Shown: positions 32,058 through 43,480, numbered from the stretch's first letter. The stretch is 64,000 nt of DNA from an uncultured delta proteobacterium (GCA_963804165.1 CAWDPO010000035.1:96001-160000); one strand, 5' to 3'. Made by a program: numbers and translations. Notes: generated from the sequence alone by a model not told the origin.

Positions 32058-32544
32058 ATGTTTCGTTGCGTCGATCTTCCCGTGCGGGTTTCTGGACGAT
32101 TGCTACTCCATAGCATGCCGGGTCGCTATGAGGCGATCGAGAGGGTGTGGAATCAAGTGAGGGAGGAAGCGGTCAGCGCCATCGTCTGTTTAGCTGAGCA
32201 GCATGAACTCCACGAGAGATCCGCCGAGTACGCTCGGGCACTCGAAGACGGAACACGTTCCCTGTAGGGTGCTCCCTTTCGAGATTCCTGACCGTGGCGC
32301 GCCTGAGGACCGTGATGCTTTCTGGACGCTAGCGACCAATATTGCAAATCGATTGCAGTGCGGAGAGGCCGTGCTGATTCACTGCGCGGGTGGTGTGGGC
32401 CGCACCGCAACGCTCGCTATCTCTGTGTTGCTCGCATTAGGTGAATCGGCGAGCGACGCGCGGAGCGCGGTCTCCCGGGCGGGGTCGACGGTTGAGACGG
32501 CGCCGCAGAGTGAACTCATTTCCTGGTGCGCGTCGCAGAAGTAG
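32058..32544 (+). CDS. Cys-based dual-specificity/tyrosine phosphatase (frameshift near 32255)
   Basis: MFRCVDLP...SMPGR; IPDRGAP; HCAGGVGRT (CX5R). Confidence 0.85.
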
Positions 32545-32573
32545 GGATCAATAGGGGGGATATAACGTTGCTT

Positions 32574-32632
32574 CCCCTCTTTGGCAAAGAGGGGTGAGAA
32601 TCGCACGGAGAAAATTCCCCCTTTGAAAAAGG
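32574..32632. repeat. CCCCTTT...AAAGGGG REP-like palindromes; the second is interrupted
   Basis: cccctcttt-ggc-aaagagggg, then ccccctttgaaaaagg abutting the IS remnant. Confidence 0.65.
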
Positions 32633-33706
32633 TACCCGAGCTGGGGAGCGCGCAAGATCCGGCGTCTTTTGAAAAATCAAGGTCAAACCCAGGTGCCGGC
32701 GTGTAGTACGATTACCGCTGTGTTTCATCGCCACGGCCTGATCGACTCCAGCAGTCAAGCCGCCAAGCCTAACTGGCAACGCTTCGAGCGTGAGGTGCCC
32801 AATAGTCTTTGGCAGATGGATTTCAAAGGACCGCTGCCCACCGTGCGCGGCCCGGCCCATGCGCTCACCGTCTTGGATGATCACTCGCGCTTTAGTTTGT
32901 GTCTTAAGGCTTTGCCTAACCAGAACCGAGAATGTGTTCAACACGCGTTGACCGAAACCTTCCGCCGCTACGGGCTTCCCAACTCGATGCTCATGGACAA
33001 TGGCCCGCCGTGGGGCAACGATCCGGTTTACATCTATACACGGCTTACGGTGTGGCTGCTTCGCTTGCGGATCTCGGTGAGTCATAGCCGACCGTACCAT
33101 CCTCAGACCATGGGTAAAGACGAACGGTTTCAAGGCACGCTTAGCCGCGAGCTTCTCGCTAAACGACAATGGCAAGACATCCCCGATCTCCAAGGAGCCT
33201 TTGACCCGTTCAGCCACCAGTACAATTTCATTCGTCCCCACGACTCTTTGGGACTGCAAGTGCCGGCCTCTCGCTATCAAATGAGTTTGCGCTCGTTTCC
33301 AGAGAGCTTGCCGCCCATCGAGTATGACCCGGGAGTCCTGGTGCGCAGAGTGCAACAAAAAGGAGAGATCTCGTTTAAAGGGAGAACTTTGAAAGTGGGT
33401 CAAGCTTTCTCGGGTTATCCCGTCGGGCTTAAACCGACCTCTACCGATGGACTCTTTGATGTGGTGTTCTGTCATCACACGATTCGCCAGATCAATCTGA
33501 AAGAGCTTGAGACTGCGGATCTCCGTTCTTGAATGACGATGATGAAAAAACGGCCTTCACATTTGGCTTATAACCAACGATCGCGATCGGGTTGGACTCT
33601 GAAGTATCCCTCTCCAAACCACCTCCGAGCCCAATCCGATCCACCACCATGAAAACTGTTACCTATGTCCCCGGTACGTTTGTTACCCTTGTCCCCAGTC
33701 CGTACA
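32633..33706 (+). mobile_element. IS481-family element, 5'-truncated
   Basis: Transposase starts abruptly at YPSWGARKIR; right end tgttacctatgtccccggtacgtttgttacccttgtccccagtccgtACA with subterminal repeats. Confidence 0.85.
32669..33532 (+). pseudogene. IS481 DDE transposase lacking its N-terminal HTH
   Basis: WQMDFKG, LDDHSRF, MDNG, HPQTMGKDERF, YNFIRPHDSL. Confidence 0.85.
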
Positions 33707-34266
33707 AAGGGGGACAAAGGGGGATTTGAGTTCAACTTCAGAGGCTGCCATCGTTTGGACTTTTTAAAACGAACTTCTGAGACGCCACACTAGAAGGAAT
33801 AAGTCGAAGGGCGGCTAGATGAATTGCAGGTGGTGGCTATACGCGAGTGCTTGAATCGGCAATGACCGTTCGGTCATCGCGCCCTCGGAAGGTCAGTCAG
33901 GCCCGGGGGCAGCCTTTCTAATCTAGCCAATCGTGAAAGGTTCTCACTGTTAGAAGGAATGCTTGGCGCGAGACGAGCAAGGCTCTTTTTCGCTGGCTAC
34001 GCTCCATTGCAGTACCCACAACCGCAACCTCTCGGTGCGATTCTTTCCGGAATTGTCTGTGATCTTCAGACATGTTGACCGGCGGTGCGGGAAAACTTCT
34101 ACACCTCCAGGTTACGTCCGCAAACAAATTCAGTAACTTAACCGCAGGGCATAAAAGTTGCGCACAACGGTCTTCCGGGCAAGTTGCAACTGCATCGCCG
34201 GTTGGGACGCAGTGACCTTGCTGCACTAACCCGTAAAATCATCATCCGCTACCTCAAAGGTTTTTC

Positions 34267-34806
34267 ATGGCTCATGCTAACTCGTTGAGAGTAATTGGGC
34301 AGTCGCTAGAAGACGCCAGGGTCGCAACCTTCGAGCTTGAGAAAGATGGCCACGACTACCTCGTCAAAAGCAGCGTTCTAACCGCAGCGGCTGAATGGAT
34401 CTTGCGAAACGCAACTGGCGAAAACTCTTTGACTGCCCCCACTTATCGTCGATCTTCGAGCAACAGTCCCTTTCGTTTCACGCCCCTCGATATTTCCCGG
34501 CTTGACTCTCAATGGCAAAAGCAACGGCGAAACCAATCTTCTTTACAAATGGAGGTTTCGAGTAAACTGTCGCAACTCTTGCGTAGCTTAGGGGATCACT
34601 TCGATAGAGCAGGGGCCAACGCGTTTCATATTTCCTGGACCTCTGATTCCGTCTCGGTCGATTACCAGCAAGCGGACGGGCAGAGCGAGGCTCGAAGCTT
34701 CACTGCTGGAAAGCTGCAGGAGTTGGGACTGCACAATAGATTTCGCCGAGCCAGTCGAGGTTCGTGGATCAAGCCTGCCCCTCGACAAGGACCAGTGAGT
34801 CGTTGA
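34267..34806 (+). CDS. Hypothetical protein with a two-fold internal repeat
   Basis: NSLRVIGQSLE..ATFEL..FTPLDISRL..KQRR parallels QLLRSLGDHFD..NAFHI..FTAGKLQEL..RFRR. Confidence 0.7.
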   Translation: MAHANSLRVIGQSLEDARVATFELEKDGHDYLVKSSVLTAAAEWILRNATGENSLTAPTYRRSSSNSPFRFTPLDISRLDSQWQKQRRNQSSLQMEVSSKLSQLLRSLGDHFDRAGANAFHISWTSDSVSVDYQQADGQSEARSFTAGKLQELGLHNRFRRASRGSWIKPAPRQGPVSR

Positions 34807-35417
34807 GGATGGTTATCACCTCTGCGCGCCCACTGGCTGCGGAGTATTTGAACGGTACGGAACCGCTTGACGGATAGTTTGGCCCCATCCTCCTTGCGGC
34901 AAAAGCTGACGCGAATATTGCTTCTGAAAAAACCGCACGACATACCCGAAACCCCTTGAATCTTACTTTTTTACAAACACAATCGACACGCGAATGAGTG
35001 TCCTCGTAAAACTCCCGATAAGCGTTTTATATGGGCTTTCTTGGCAGATGCCCGTTAGACAGCCGTGAATACGCGATCCTACGAAATCCGTTCTGAAAAA
35101 AGCGCCAGCGGCCGATTCTTCCATCGTTCAAGTTCTCTGCTGGGTTGTGGACGCGGAGCTAATTCATGAGCACGCAAAGTGGTTTTTCCCTGCCGCCACG
35201 CCCTGGATACGGGAAGCGCTACGGGAGGATTCGACGCTCCGTGAATATCGAAAAGTCGCCAACGCGGAGACGTGGCACTACCGAATGGATTGCTCATTCT
35301 GGCCGGTCGATAATTATGTTTCCGCAAAAACGCCGCCGGAGAACGCTGAGTTACTGCGTTCAAGTCGTTCGGATAGTTCATACCGTTTTGAGGTCTACAA
35401 CCTTTCCGCAGCATGTC

Positions 35418-35960
35418 TCACGCAATCTTGATCTTATCGAACTGCGTGATCCGAAACTTCTCCGCGGCGCCGCCCGGTAGGATGGTGAACTGGTGCAGGG
35501 TGAACTCGTGCTCGTAGTCGCTGCGGGCAACTAAGCCGTCCACCGGAATCACGCAAGTGTAGCCGAAGGGGCGGACCGCCGCAGTTGCCGTGTACATTAC
35601 GGCTTGGTTGCTCGACGCGCCGCAGCAGATTACCGTCTTGACGCCGCGCTGCTGCAGCATCGGCTGCATCTCGCCGCTGTAAAATTTATCGAAGGCCGCT
35701 GGAAAGATCGTCGGCTCGTCATCGCGTTGCTTGAAAGCATGGGGCATTCTTGCTTCCGGCGTGCCTTTGTAGCGATCAGCGGCGGTGTACATGATAAACA
35801 TATTCGCTCCGCGAGCGCGGTCGAGAAACTTGGCCACCGGTTCGATCAGCTTGTGGCACACTTCCTTGGGGTCCTCGCAACGAGCATTGAGATCGAGAAC
35901 CAACAACGCCGTTGTTTTTGCGTCCACAGTTACTTCTTCGGGAACAGGCTTGTTGGGCAT
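35418..35960 (-). CDS. Isochorismatase/cysteine hydrolase family protein
   Basis: TTALLVLD, FDKF, GVKTVICCG..N.AVMYTA, VIPVDG; GGAGG RBS. Confidence 0.8.
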   Translation of the reverse strand: MPNKPVPEEVTVDAKTTALLVLDLNARCEDPKEVCHKLIEPVAKFLDRARGANMFIMYTAADRYKGTPEARMPHAFKQRDDEPTIFPAAFDKFYSGEMQPMLQQRGVKTVICCGASSNQAVMYTATAAVRPFGYTCVIPVDGLVARSDYEHEFTLHQFTILPGGAAEKFRITQFDKIKIA

Positions 35961-36127
35961 AAGCACCTCCTTGTTTTAGAGAATAATTGCGCAGCGTGAC
36001 ACACAATATCACGCGGCACAGTAGCTCCGGCCGCAAACACCGTCAAGGCTGAGAATCTTACTTGACGCCCCGCGCTGGCGTGGCGTAAGAAGAGCGAAAC
36101 GCATGCAACGATAACCAAGGAGTTCCT

Positions 36128-37183
36128 ATGAAAGCCGCCGTTCTCTACGAAGCTCGCAAGCCATTGAAGCTCGAAGAACTTAAGATTCCGGACGTCGGCG
36201 ACGAGGACGTTTTGATCAAGGTGGCGTCGTGCGGCGTGTGCCACACGGATTTGAAAGTTGTCGAAGGCAGAAACCGATTCACGCCGCCGACGGTTCTCGG
36301 ACACGAAGTGGCTGGAACGGTCGAAGAAATTGGGCCGCATTGTAAAGATTTCAAAACCGGCGATCGCGTGATCATCGGCATGCGCTACAAGTGCGGACGC
36401 TGCCGATATTGTCTGTCGGCGCGGGAAAATCTCTGTGAACGCCGCCCCGCGCCGCCTTCTCTCAAAAAGACCGACGGCACGATAGTGACGCGATGGAACG
36501 TGGGCGGGTTTGCCGAGTATGTTTCCGTGCCGGCTTACATGACCTTCAAGATTCCCGACGGCATGTCGATGGAAGAAGCGAGCGTGGTTGGTTGCCGAGT
36601 GACGACGGCCTACAACGCGGTTAAGCACCGGGCGCGTCTTGAGCCCGGGGATTCGGCATTGGTTATTGGCTGCGGCGGTATCGGGCTTAATACGATTCAG
36701 TTTCTCAAATGCTTCGGCGCGTATCCGATTATCGCCGTCGATATTGCCGACGAAAAGTTAGAGGCGGCAAAGACTTTCGGCGCGACGTACGCGATCAACG
36801 CGACGGTGGAAGATCCAGTGAAAGCCGTAATCAAATTGACGGACGGCGGCGTCGATAAGGCATTTGAGGCGATTGGCAATCCCAAGACGTCAGATCAAAT
36901 CATTCAAGCGACCCGGCCCGGCGGCACGGCGACGATCATCGGCGGTTTGGGCAACGGACCATTCACCATCAGCAGCGGCCGTTTTGTCACCAATGAGATC
37001 ACCATCACCGGGGTTTCAAGCCGGCAGGCCAACGACGTCGAGGAAGTTTTTCAAATGGCGACGCTCGGGCGCATCGAACTCAAGAGTTTGATCACAAAAA
37101 GTTATCGATACGATCAGATCAATGAAGCGTTGGCGGATTTGGAGCACGGCAAGTTGCGCATGGCGGTTTCGCTTTGGAACTGA
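36128..37183 (+). CDS. Zinc-dependent alcohol dehydrogenase (MDR)
   Basis: CGVCHTD, GHE, CGRCRYC..NLC, GCGGIG. Confidence 0.92.
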   Translation: MKAAVLYEARKPLKLEELKIPDVGDEDVLIKVASCGVCHTDLKVVEGRNRFTPPTVLGHEVAGTVEEIGPHCKDFKTGDRVIIGMRYKCGRCRYCLSARENLCERRPAPPSLKKTDGTIVTRWNVGGFAEYVSVPAYMTFKIPDGMSMEEASVVGCRVTTAYNAVKHRARLEPGDSALVIGCGGIGLNTIQFLKCFGAYPIIAVDIADEKLEAAKTFGATYAINATVEDPVKAVIKLTDGGVDKAFEAIGNPKTSDQIIQATRPGGTATIIGGLGNGPFTISSGRFVTNEITITGVSSRQANDVEEVFQMATLGRIELKSLITKSYRYDQINEALADLEHGKLRMAVSLWN

Positions 37184-37238
37184 ATAAAAATCCGTTCGGA
37201 CGTTTCGCTCTCATTTGTCTCAGCGGAAAGCGAAGAGA

Positions 37239-38185
37239 ATGACATTTAAGAGGGCTTGCATCGTAGTACTGCTGGTCGGTGTCATCATTGGTGCTGACGT
37301 CCGCTCGTTTGCCCAGACCACTAACGTGCGGGTTGCGTTCAATGGCTTTGGCGGGATCGCGCCGATTTATTTGGGTCAAGACGCCGGCATTTTCAAGAAG
37401 CAGGGACTTAATCTCGAAATGATATTTATCCCCGGCGGTTCTTTGTCGCTCCAAGCCCTGATCGGCAAGAGTCTCGAGATACTCATGACCGGCGGTCCGC
37501 CAGTCGTCAATGCATATTTGCAAGGCGCCAAGATCAAAATCATCGGCGGCGCGGTGAATCTGCTGCCCTATACTTTCATTGCGACCGCGGCCGTTCGCAA
37601 TCCCGAGCAGCTGAAAGGAAAAAGATCGGCATCAGCCGCTTTGGCAGCAATACCGATTACGTGGTCCGCTTGGCATTGAATCAATTTGCCATGGCGCCGA
37701 GCGACGTGCAGATCATTCAGGTCGGCGGCTCGCAGGCGCGGCTGGTGGCGATGAAATCGGGAGCGATTCAAGCAACGGTTCTGAGTCCGGAAGAAACCGT
37801 GGTCGCGCAAAAAATGGGTTACGGCGTTTTGCTTGATTTCATCGAGAAGGGGATTGAATTTCCCCACGTGAACGTCGTTGTGCGCGATGATTATCTCGAA
37901 AACCAGGCGCAAACGGTGCGGACTTTCATGCGCGCGTACGTCGAATCGGTGCGCTACTATAAAACCCACCGAGATGAAGCGGTGAAGAAAATCATCTTTT
38001 TAAGCAAACTCCCGGACCGGCAAATGGGAGAAGTGATTTATGATAGCTCGCTCCGAGCGACTCCGGACGACGGCAAGCCGACGCTGAAAGGCATGGAAGT
38101 GGTGCTTGACGCCGCCGCCAAGGAAAATCCCAAGGCCAAGGGACTGAGTGTTCAACAATTAATCGATTTGAGATACGTTCCATGA
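37239..38185 (+). CDS. NMT1/SsuA-family solute-binding protein (frameshift near 37620)
   Basis: Signal peptide; GIFKKQGL, QLKGK[K]IGISRFGS; shift falls in an A-run. Confidence 0.82.
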
Positions 38186-38210
38186 GCATGGATGTTCAGA
38201 AAACAACGGG

Positions 38211-39071
38211 ATGAATGCGATGAAAGCAACGGCGGCATGGAGCTTAGCGCTATGGATGTTTTTCACTTGTGTTGTGGCGCGCGCCGCCGAACAACAACCA
38301 ATCGATGTAATCGAAGACAACAGTTTCTTGATCGAAGAAGCCTACAACCAAGAGCCGGGCGTCGTGCAGCATATTTTCAATGCACTGTACACGACGAGCG
38401 GAGCACGGCACGGATGGCTATTCAATTTCACGCAAGAATGGCCGGTCTTTTCCCAAGATCATCAGTTCTCATATACGATTCTGTCGGCCCATCTGATCGA
38501 CCCGCCGGACCGCATTTACGGTGTCGGCGATATGCTGCTCAATTATCGTTACCAGGCGCTGGAAGAGGGGGAGCTCAAGCCCGCTTTCGCGCCGCGTTTT
38601 AGTCTGATCCTGCCGACCGGCAACCGCGATCGCGGCACCGGCAATGGCGTGGTCGGCTATCAATGGTCGCTTCCTTTCAGCAAGAAGATCGGCCCGCGAT
38701 TCGCGACGCACGCCAATCTGGGCGTCACTTATTTTCCCGGTGTACGGGAGCGCCTGGGCGGCAGCACGGGGCCTCTTTCGCCGAGTCATTCACTGGTTAC
38801 ATATAACCTTGGAGCGAGCGGGATATTCGCGTTATTGCCGCGGTTTCACCTGACGCTCGAATGGATTGGCGTGTTCCAGGAAAGCATCAATGATGCGGGC
38901 AAGGCCAGGCGGGAATTCCAGCCGGTGATCTCGCCGGGCTTTCGGACGGCAGTAGTGAACGAGGAGAAATTGCAGGTCGTTGTTGGCGCAGCGGCGCCCA
39001 TCGGGCTAAATCACAACGCGGACAATAATGGCGCGTTCCTTTATTTTTCGGTCGAACACAAACTCTTTTAG
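38211..39071 (+). CDS. Outer-membrane transporter (MetA-pathway/SphA-like beta-barrel)
   Basis: Signal peptide; DNSFLIEEAYNQEPGVVQH, GDMLLNYRYQ, LILPTG; C-terminal Phe. Confidence 0.7.
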   Translation: MNAMKATAAWSLALWMFFTCVVARAAEQQPIDVIEDNSFLIEEAYNQEPGVVQHIFNALYTTSGARHGWLFNFTQEWPVFSQDHQFSYTILSAHLIDPPDRIYGVGDMLLNYRYQALEEGELKPAFAPRFSLILPTGNRDRGTGNGVVGYQWSLPFSKKIGPRFATHANLGVTYFPGVRERLGGSTGPLSPSHSLVTYNLGASGIFALLPRFHLTLEWIGVFQESINDAGKARREFQPVISPGFRTAVVNEEKLQVVVGAAAPIGLNHNADNNGAFLYFSVEHKLF

Positions 39072-39102
39072 CAGACTGAATACACGTTTCTGAGGTGAAA
39101 TC

Positions 39103-40197
39103 ATGCAAGGAATCATTGACGCCGATACCCACATTTCCGAAGGCGAAGCGATGTGGGCATTGATGGATAAGGCGATCCTGCCGCGCCGGCCGATTATGCT
39201 GTCGGTGCCTGAAGATACTTCGTTTGGCAACCGCAATGCTTTTTGGCTGATCGATGGCGAGATCTATCCCAAGCCGGCGGGTAAGGGGAGTTTCGCTTTA
39301 GTCACTCCGTCTGCGCAAAAAGTCCAGGAAGGTCGCAAGGATTCGACGGTGCCGTCACGAGAGATGACCGACATCAAAACCCGGCTGGCGGATATGGACA
39401 GGCTCAACACCGCGGCGCAGGTCGTCTATCCAACACTCTTCTTGGTCTACAATACCAAAGATCGCGAGCTCGAAGTGGCGCTGTGCCGCGCTTACAATCG
39501 CTTCCTCGCGCACGCGTCCGACCAGGCACCCGAGCGCATCAGGTGGGTTGCCGTGCTGCCGTTCCAATCGATCAAGGATGCCATCGACGAAATCCGCTTT
39601 GCCAAGCAGCACGGCGCCGTGGGTATTTTCTTTCGCGGCATCGAAGGCGACTACACGCTCGACCATCCATATCTCTTTCCGGTTTACGAGGAAGCACAGA
39701 AACAGAACCTGTCGATTTGTGTTCACACCGGCTGCGGCGTCAGGGCGATTCTCGAAATGTTCGAGCTATCTCGGAATCATACCTTCGGCCATACTCGGGT
39801 GATGCCGCTGCTCGCTTTTCGCGATCTCGTGGCCAACAAGATTCCCGAGCAGTTTCCGACCTTGCGTTTCGGCTTCATCGAAGCCGCCGCCGGCTGGGTA
39901 CCGTTTTTGATTCACATCGTGCGCCGGTTACAGAAGGACAAATTTCGCTTCGGCTCGAACGCAGAGCTGTTTCGCGAGTATCGGCTCTACGTCGCCTGTG
40001 AGGCCGACGAGGATATTCCATATCTGGCAAAATACACCGGCGATGATCATCTGCTCATCGGCTCTGACTATCCGCATAGCGATCCGTCGCGCGAAGATCA
40101 ATTCGTCAACGCGATCAACGTACGCGAGGATATGTCGCCGCAGCTTAAACGAAAAATTCTTTACGACAATCCGCGGGCGTTCTACGCCATGAAATAG
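39103..40197 (+). CDS. Amidohydrolase_2 family protein
   Basis: IDADTH, LCRAYN, CVHTG, FIEAAAGW, GSDYPHSD, ILYDNPRAFY. Confidence 0.9.
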   Translation: MQGIIDADTHISEGEAMWALMDKAILPRRPIMLSVPEDTSFGNRNAFWLIDGEIYPKPAGKGSFALVTPSAQKVQEGRKDSTVPSREMTDIKTRLADMDRLNTAAQVVYPTLFLVYNTKDRELEVALCRAYNRFLAHASDQAPERIRWVAVLPFQSIKDAIDEIRFAKQHGAVGIFFRGIEGDYTLDHPYLFPVYEEAQKQNLSICVHTGCGVRAILEMFELSRNHTFGHTRVMPLLAFRDLVANKIPEQFPTLRFGFIEAAAGWVPFLIHIVRRLQKDKFRFGSNAELFREYRLYVACEADEDIPYLAKYTGDDHLLIGSDYPHSDPSREDQFVNAINVREDMSPQLKRKILYDNPRAFYAMK

Positions 40198-40243
40198 TTG
40201 GAGTGATGGAGTGATGGAGTATTGGTCCGAACCCATCACTCCA
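40198..40243. repeat. GGAGTGAT octamer repeat forming a hairpin
   Basis: ttggagtgatggagtgatggagtattgg...ccatcactccaa. Confidence 0.7.
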
Positions 40244-40263
40244 AAGTCGGTGCGGCGGTAATC

Positions 40264-41231
40264 ATGAGGAAATTCAAATGGCCGACGAATGCGCTGCTTT
40301 TCGCGTTGACGCTTTGGAGTGGGGCGAACGCGTTGGGGCAGGAGGTTTTCATCGGCAATCCAGGCAAGAGCCTTAACTTTTTCCACTTCGATCTGGCGAT
40401 CGAGAAAGGCTATTTCAAAGAACTGGGCTTGGACGTGAAGCTGCTCAACACCAAGTGCGACATCGCGGTCACGGCGCTGCTAACAGGAGATTTGCAAGCC
40501 ACCGGCTGTGTCGGTTCCGCGTCACGTTTCATCGCGAGTCAGAACGTGCCGGTGCGCACGGTGATCTGGTTGTTCAAGAAGCCTACTTTCTATGTCGTTG
40601 CGCGCCCCGACATTAAATCCGCCGCCGATCTTGAAAGGCAAAACCATCGGTATAAGCTCTTTCGGCAGCGATACCGATCTGTCGATGAAAATATTCGCCC
40701 AGAGCGGCAAGCTCGACCCGGAAAAGGACATGAAGCGAATCGTCGCCGGCTCGACATCGACGCGCCTGCAAGGGTTGAAAGCCGGTTCATTGGACGCCAC
40801 GACGCTATCGCCGCCGTTCAACGTCTATGCCGAGCAGATGGGCTTGCGGGTGCTCGCTTATGTCGGCGACTTTCTCGAATTTCCGCAGAGCGGTTTCACC
40901 GTTTCCGATGCGACCTTGAAGAACAAGCGCGACGTGATCAAACGGCTGTTGCGCGGCACGCTGCGCGGCTTGCAATTTACGCTAAAGAATCGCACCGAGA
41001 CGGTGCGGTTCATCGCGAAAGACTACAAACTGCAGGAACGCGGTGGCGGACAAAGTTTATGCTTCGCTGCTGCCGGCGATGAGTGAAAACGGACTGGCGA
41101 CGGACAAAGGGCTCAAGGTGATGGTAGATACGCTTGGCACCGCCGTCGGCAAGAACATCGATTTTCCGCCGGAGCGCCTGGTCGATTACAGTTTGCTGAG
41201 AGAAGTACAGAAAGAGTTAGGCATTCCGTAG
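40264..41231 (+). CDS. NMT1/SsuA-family solute-binding protein (two frameshifts)
   Basis: EKGYFKELGLDV, KGKTIGISSFGSDTD, RLLRGTLRG. Confidence 0.82.
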
Positions 41232-41247
41232 GTAGGGTCATCCGCCA

Positions 41248-42217
41248 ATGAAAAAGAGAAAGTCGCGATTCATCTTCTCACTTGGATATTCTGTTTTGCG
41301 CTTCTGCTTGGGATCGCCAAACCGTCGCCCAGCGCAGACGCACCGCAACGAATCCGCATCGCTTATGCGAGCCGGAGCAGTTCGGCCATGCCGCTCTACA
41401 TGGCGCTGCAGAAAGGTTATTTCAAAGCAGAAGGTCTGGATGTCGAAATCATTCAAATGAATCCTCGCCTCGGCGCTACCGCCGTCGTCAACGGCGATGT
41501 TGCCTTCGCAACGCCGTTCACCAGCACTTTTCGCGGCAATTCTCCAGGGCTTCCCGATGAAGACTGGTTTTCATTCACCTAAAAAAGGGACCGTACTTCG
41601 TCATGGTGCGTCCGGAAATCAAAGAAGTGCAGCAGTTGAAAGGAAAAAAAATCGGGGTCGCGACCATCCGAGGAACCGATCAATTGGTTGCCGAGGAAAT
41701 GTTGCAGGCGAAGGGCTTTAACCCGAACCAACTGCAAGCGGTCGCCATCGGCGACGGGCCGGTTCGGATGCAGGCGCTCATCAGCGGCGCGGTGGATGCG
41801 ATCTCGGTGGCGCCGCCGCATGATTTGATGCTGCGCAAAATGGGGTATCCCGCATTGGCTGGACCGCCGGAGGTCGGACTGCCGTCCGCCGGAATGCTCA
41901 CGTCCGATCGTCTGATCAGGGAGAATCCCCAGCTGGTAAAAAGAACACTCAAAGCGCTGCTGCGCTCACATCAATACATTTTGGAAAACCGACAAGACAC
42001 GATTCAAACTTTGATCAAGTGGCTGCCTCAACCGGTCGATATTGCCGAGCATTCCTACGACAACGAACTCAAGACGCTCAGCCGCGACGGCATCATGACC
42101 GACGGTGAAGTCGAAGCGATCATCGTGCGGGTCGGCGAGAAAAAACGTCCGCTGGACGAAGTCCGGGATTTTTCCTTTGCGCGGCAAGCGATGAAAGAGT
42201 TGGAGGCGGGAAGGTAA
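41248..42217 (+). CDS. NMT1/SsuA-family solute-binding protein (several frameshifts)
   Basis: QKGYFKAEGLDVEII, LKGKKIGV, KRTLKALLRS. Confidence 0.8.
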
Positions 42218-42220
42218 GGC

Positions 42221-42306
42221 TTGGAGTGATGAAGTGTTGGAGTAATGGAGTGATGGGTTTATCGAATTGTGATTAGCAATCCAGTATTCCAGTACTCCAT
42301 CACCCA
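42221..42306. repeat. GGAGT(A/G)AT octamer repeats with inverted copies
   Basis: ttggagtgatgaagtgttggagtaatggagtgatggg...ccagtattccagtactccatcaccca, between convergent genes. Confidence 0.7.
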
Positions 42307-42311
42307 TTCTT

Positions 42312-43450
42312 CTAATGCGTCCGATTGACGTCGTAGGGTTCGCCCAGCTCGGAGGCGCCGACGATTTGCGCGGCGATGTCATGGCGGCCATGCATCATGT
42401 GCAAATGCATGTCGCGGTAGAAACGCTCCAGCGGATGTTTTTCGAATAGCGCCGTCGAGCCGCAGATTTCGGCGGCGCTCCACATGACTTTCTCCAGAGT
42501 CTCTTTGGCCATCCATTTTGCCTCATGGGCAGCGACCATTGCTCCATCAGGATCGCGTTGTGAACATTCGCACGGCGTTGTAGAGGATCAGCCGGGAAGC
42601 GTCGAGCATGCTCTTCAATTCGCCGAAGCGGAGCTGGCGGAACGGATCTTTGCCGCCGGATCGTTCCCGGGTATAGCCGAGCGCCCAGTCATACATCGCG
42701 CGCGCCGAACCGAGATAGTTCGCGGTGAAGGCGAAATTGATTTTTCCCATCCAATTCTCGTCGAGAAACTGCCCCGGATTGCCGAGCAGATTTTCTTCGG
42801 GGACAAAGCAGTCTTGCAAATGAAGCCACGGACTCACGCAGGCGCGCATGCCGGTCGGTCGCCAGATGTCGGTGTCGATTTTTAATCCGGGAGTGTCTCG
42901 GTGCACCATGAACATAATCGGCTTCGGATGGGAGTCGGATGCCACGCGGCCGATCCACAGCCACTCCGCCAGACTTGCATTAGTTGCGTAGTGTTTGGTG
43001 CCGTTGACCAGATAGCCGCCCTTCATTTTTTCGCCGTCGTCGGCGGAGCACCCGAGGCTCGGCGCCGGCGCCGGGAATCAATGCTCCGCGATTGAAGGTC
43101 GGCTCGCTCCATCTTTGCACTTGGGCATCGTTGCCCAGGGCGTCGATCATCATCAGCGCGTTGTTGTGGACTTGAAAACAATGCGCCGTCGAGGGATTGC
43201 CGTAAGCCAAGTGTTCGTCAATGAGAAAGAAGGACAGAGGATCGTCGCCGTACAATCCGTAGCCGAGACCGCCGCGCCGTTTAGCGAGATTCGCGCATAG
43301 CCAGCCTTCACGGAAGAGATCGTCGAGGTCTTCAACTGGCGCTTCGAATGCTTCATCATAGTGCGCGGCGCGCGGTGCGATACGCTCGCGCACCAGTTGA
43401 TTGACTCGATCAATTAGCTTTTGTTGCTCTTGGGTAAAGCCGAAATCCAA
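42312..43450 (-). CDS. Acyl-CoA dehydrogenase family protein (two frameshifts)
   Basis: MDFGFTQEQQ, IAPRAA, GGYLVNGTKHYAT, GMRA, PLERFYRD. Confidence 0.85.
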
Positions 43451-43480
43451 GTTAGTGATTCTTTCGCGTTGAATGAAAAA

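Noticed and set aside
33895-33915. SRP RNA-like motif (tcaggcccgggggcagcc)
   Set aside because: It lacks the conserved GNRA tetraloop and AGCAG spacing of domain IV, and I see no long enclosing stem.
35011-35038. dif/Xer-like site (actcccgataa-gcgttt-tatatgggctt)
   Set aside because: The XerD arm does not match TTATGTTAAAT-like consensus at the required 6-bp spacing.
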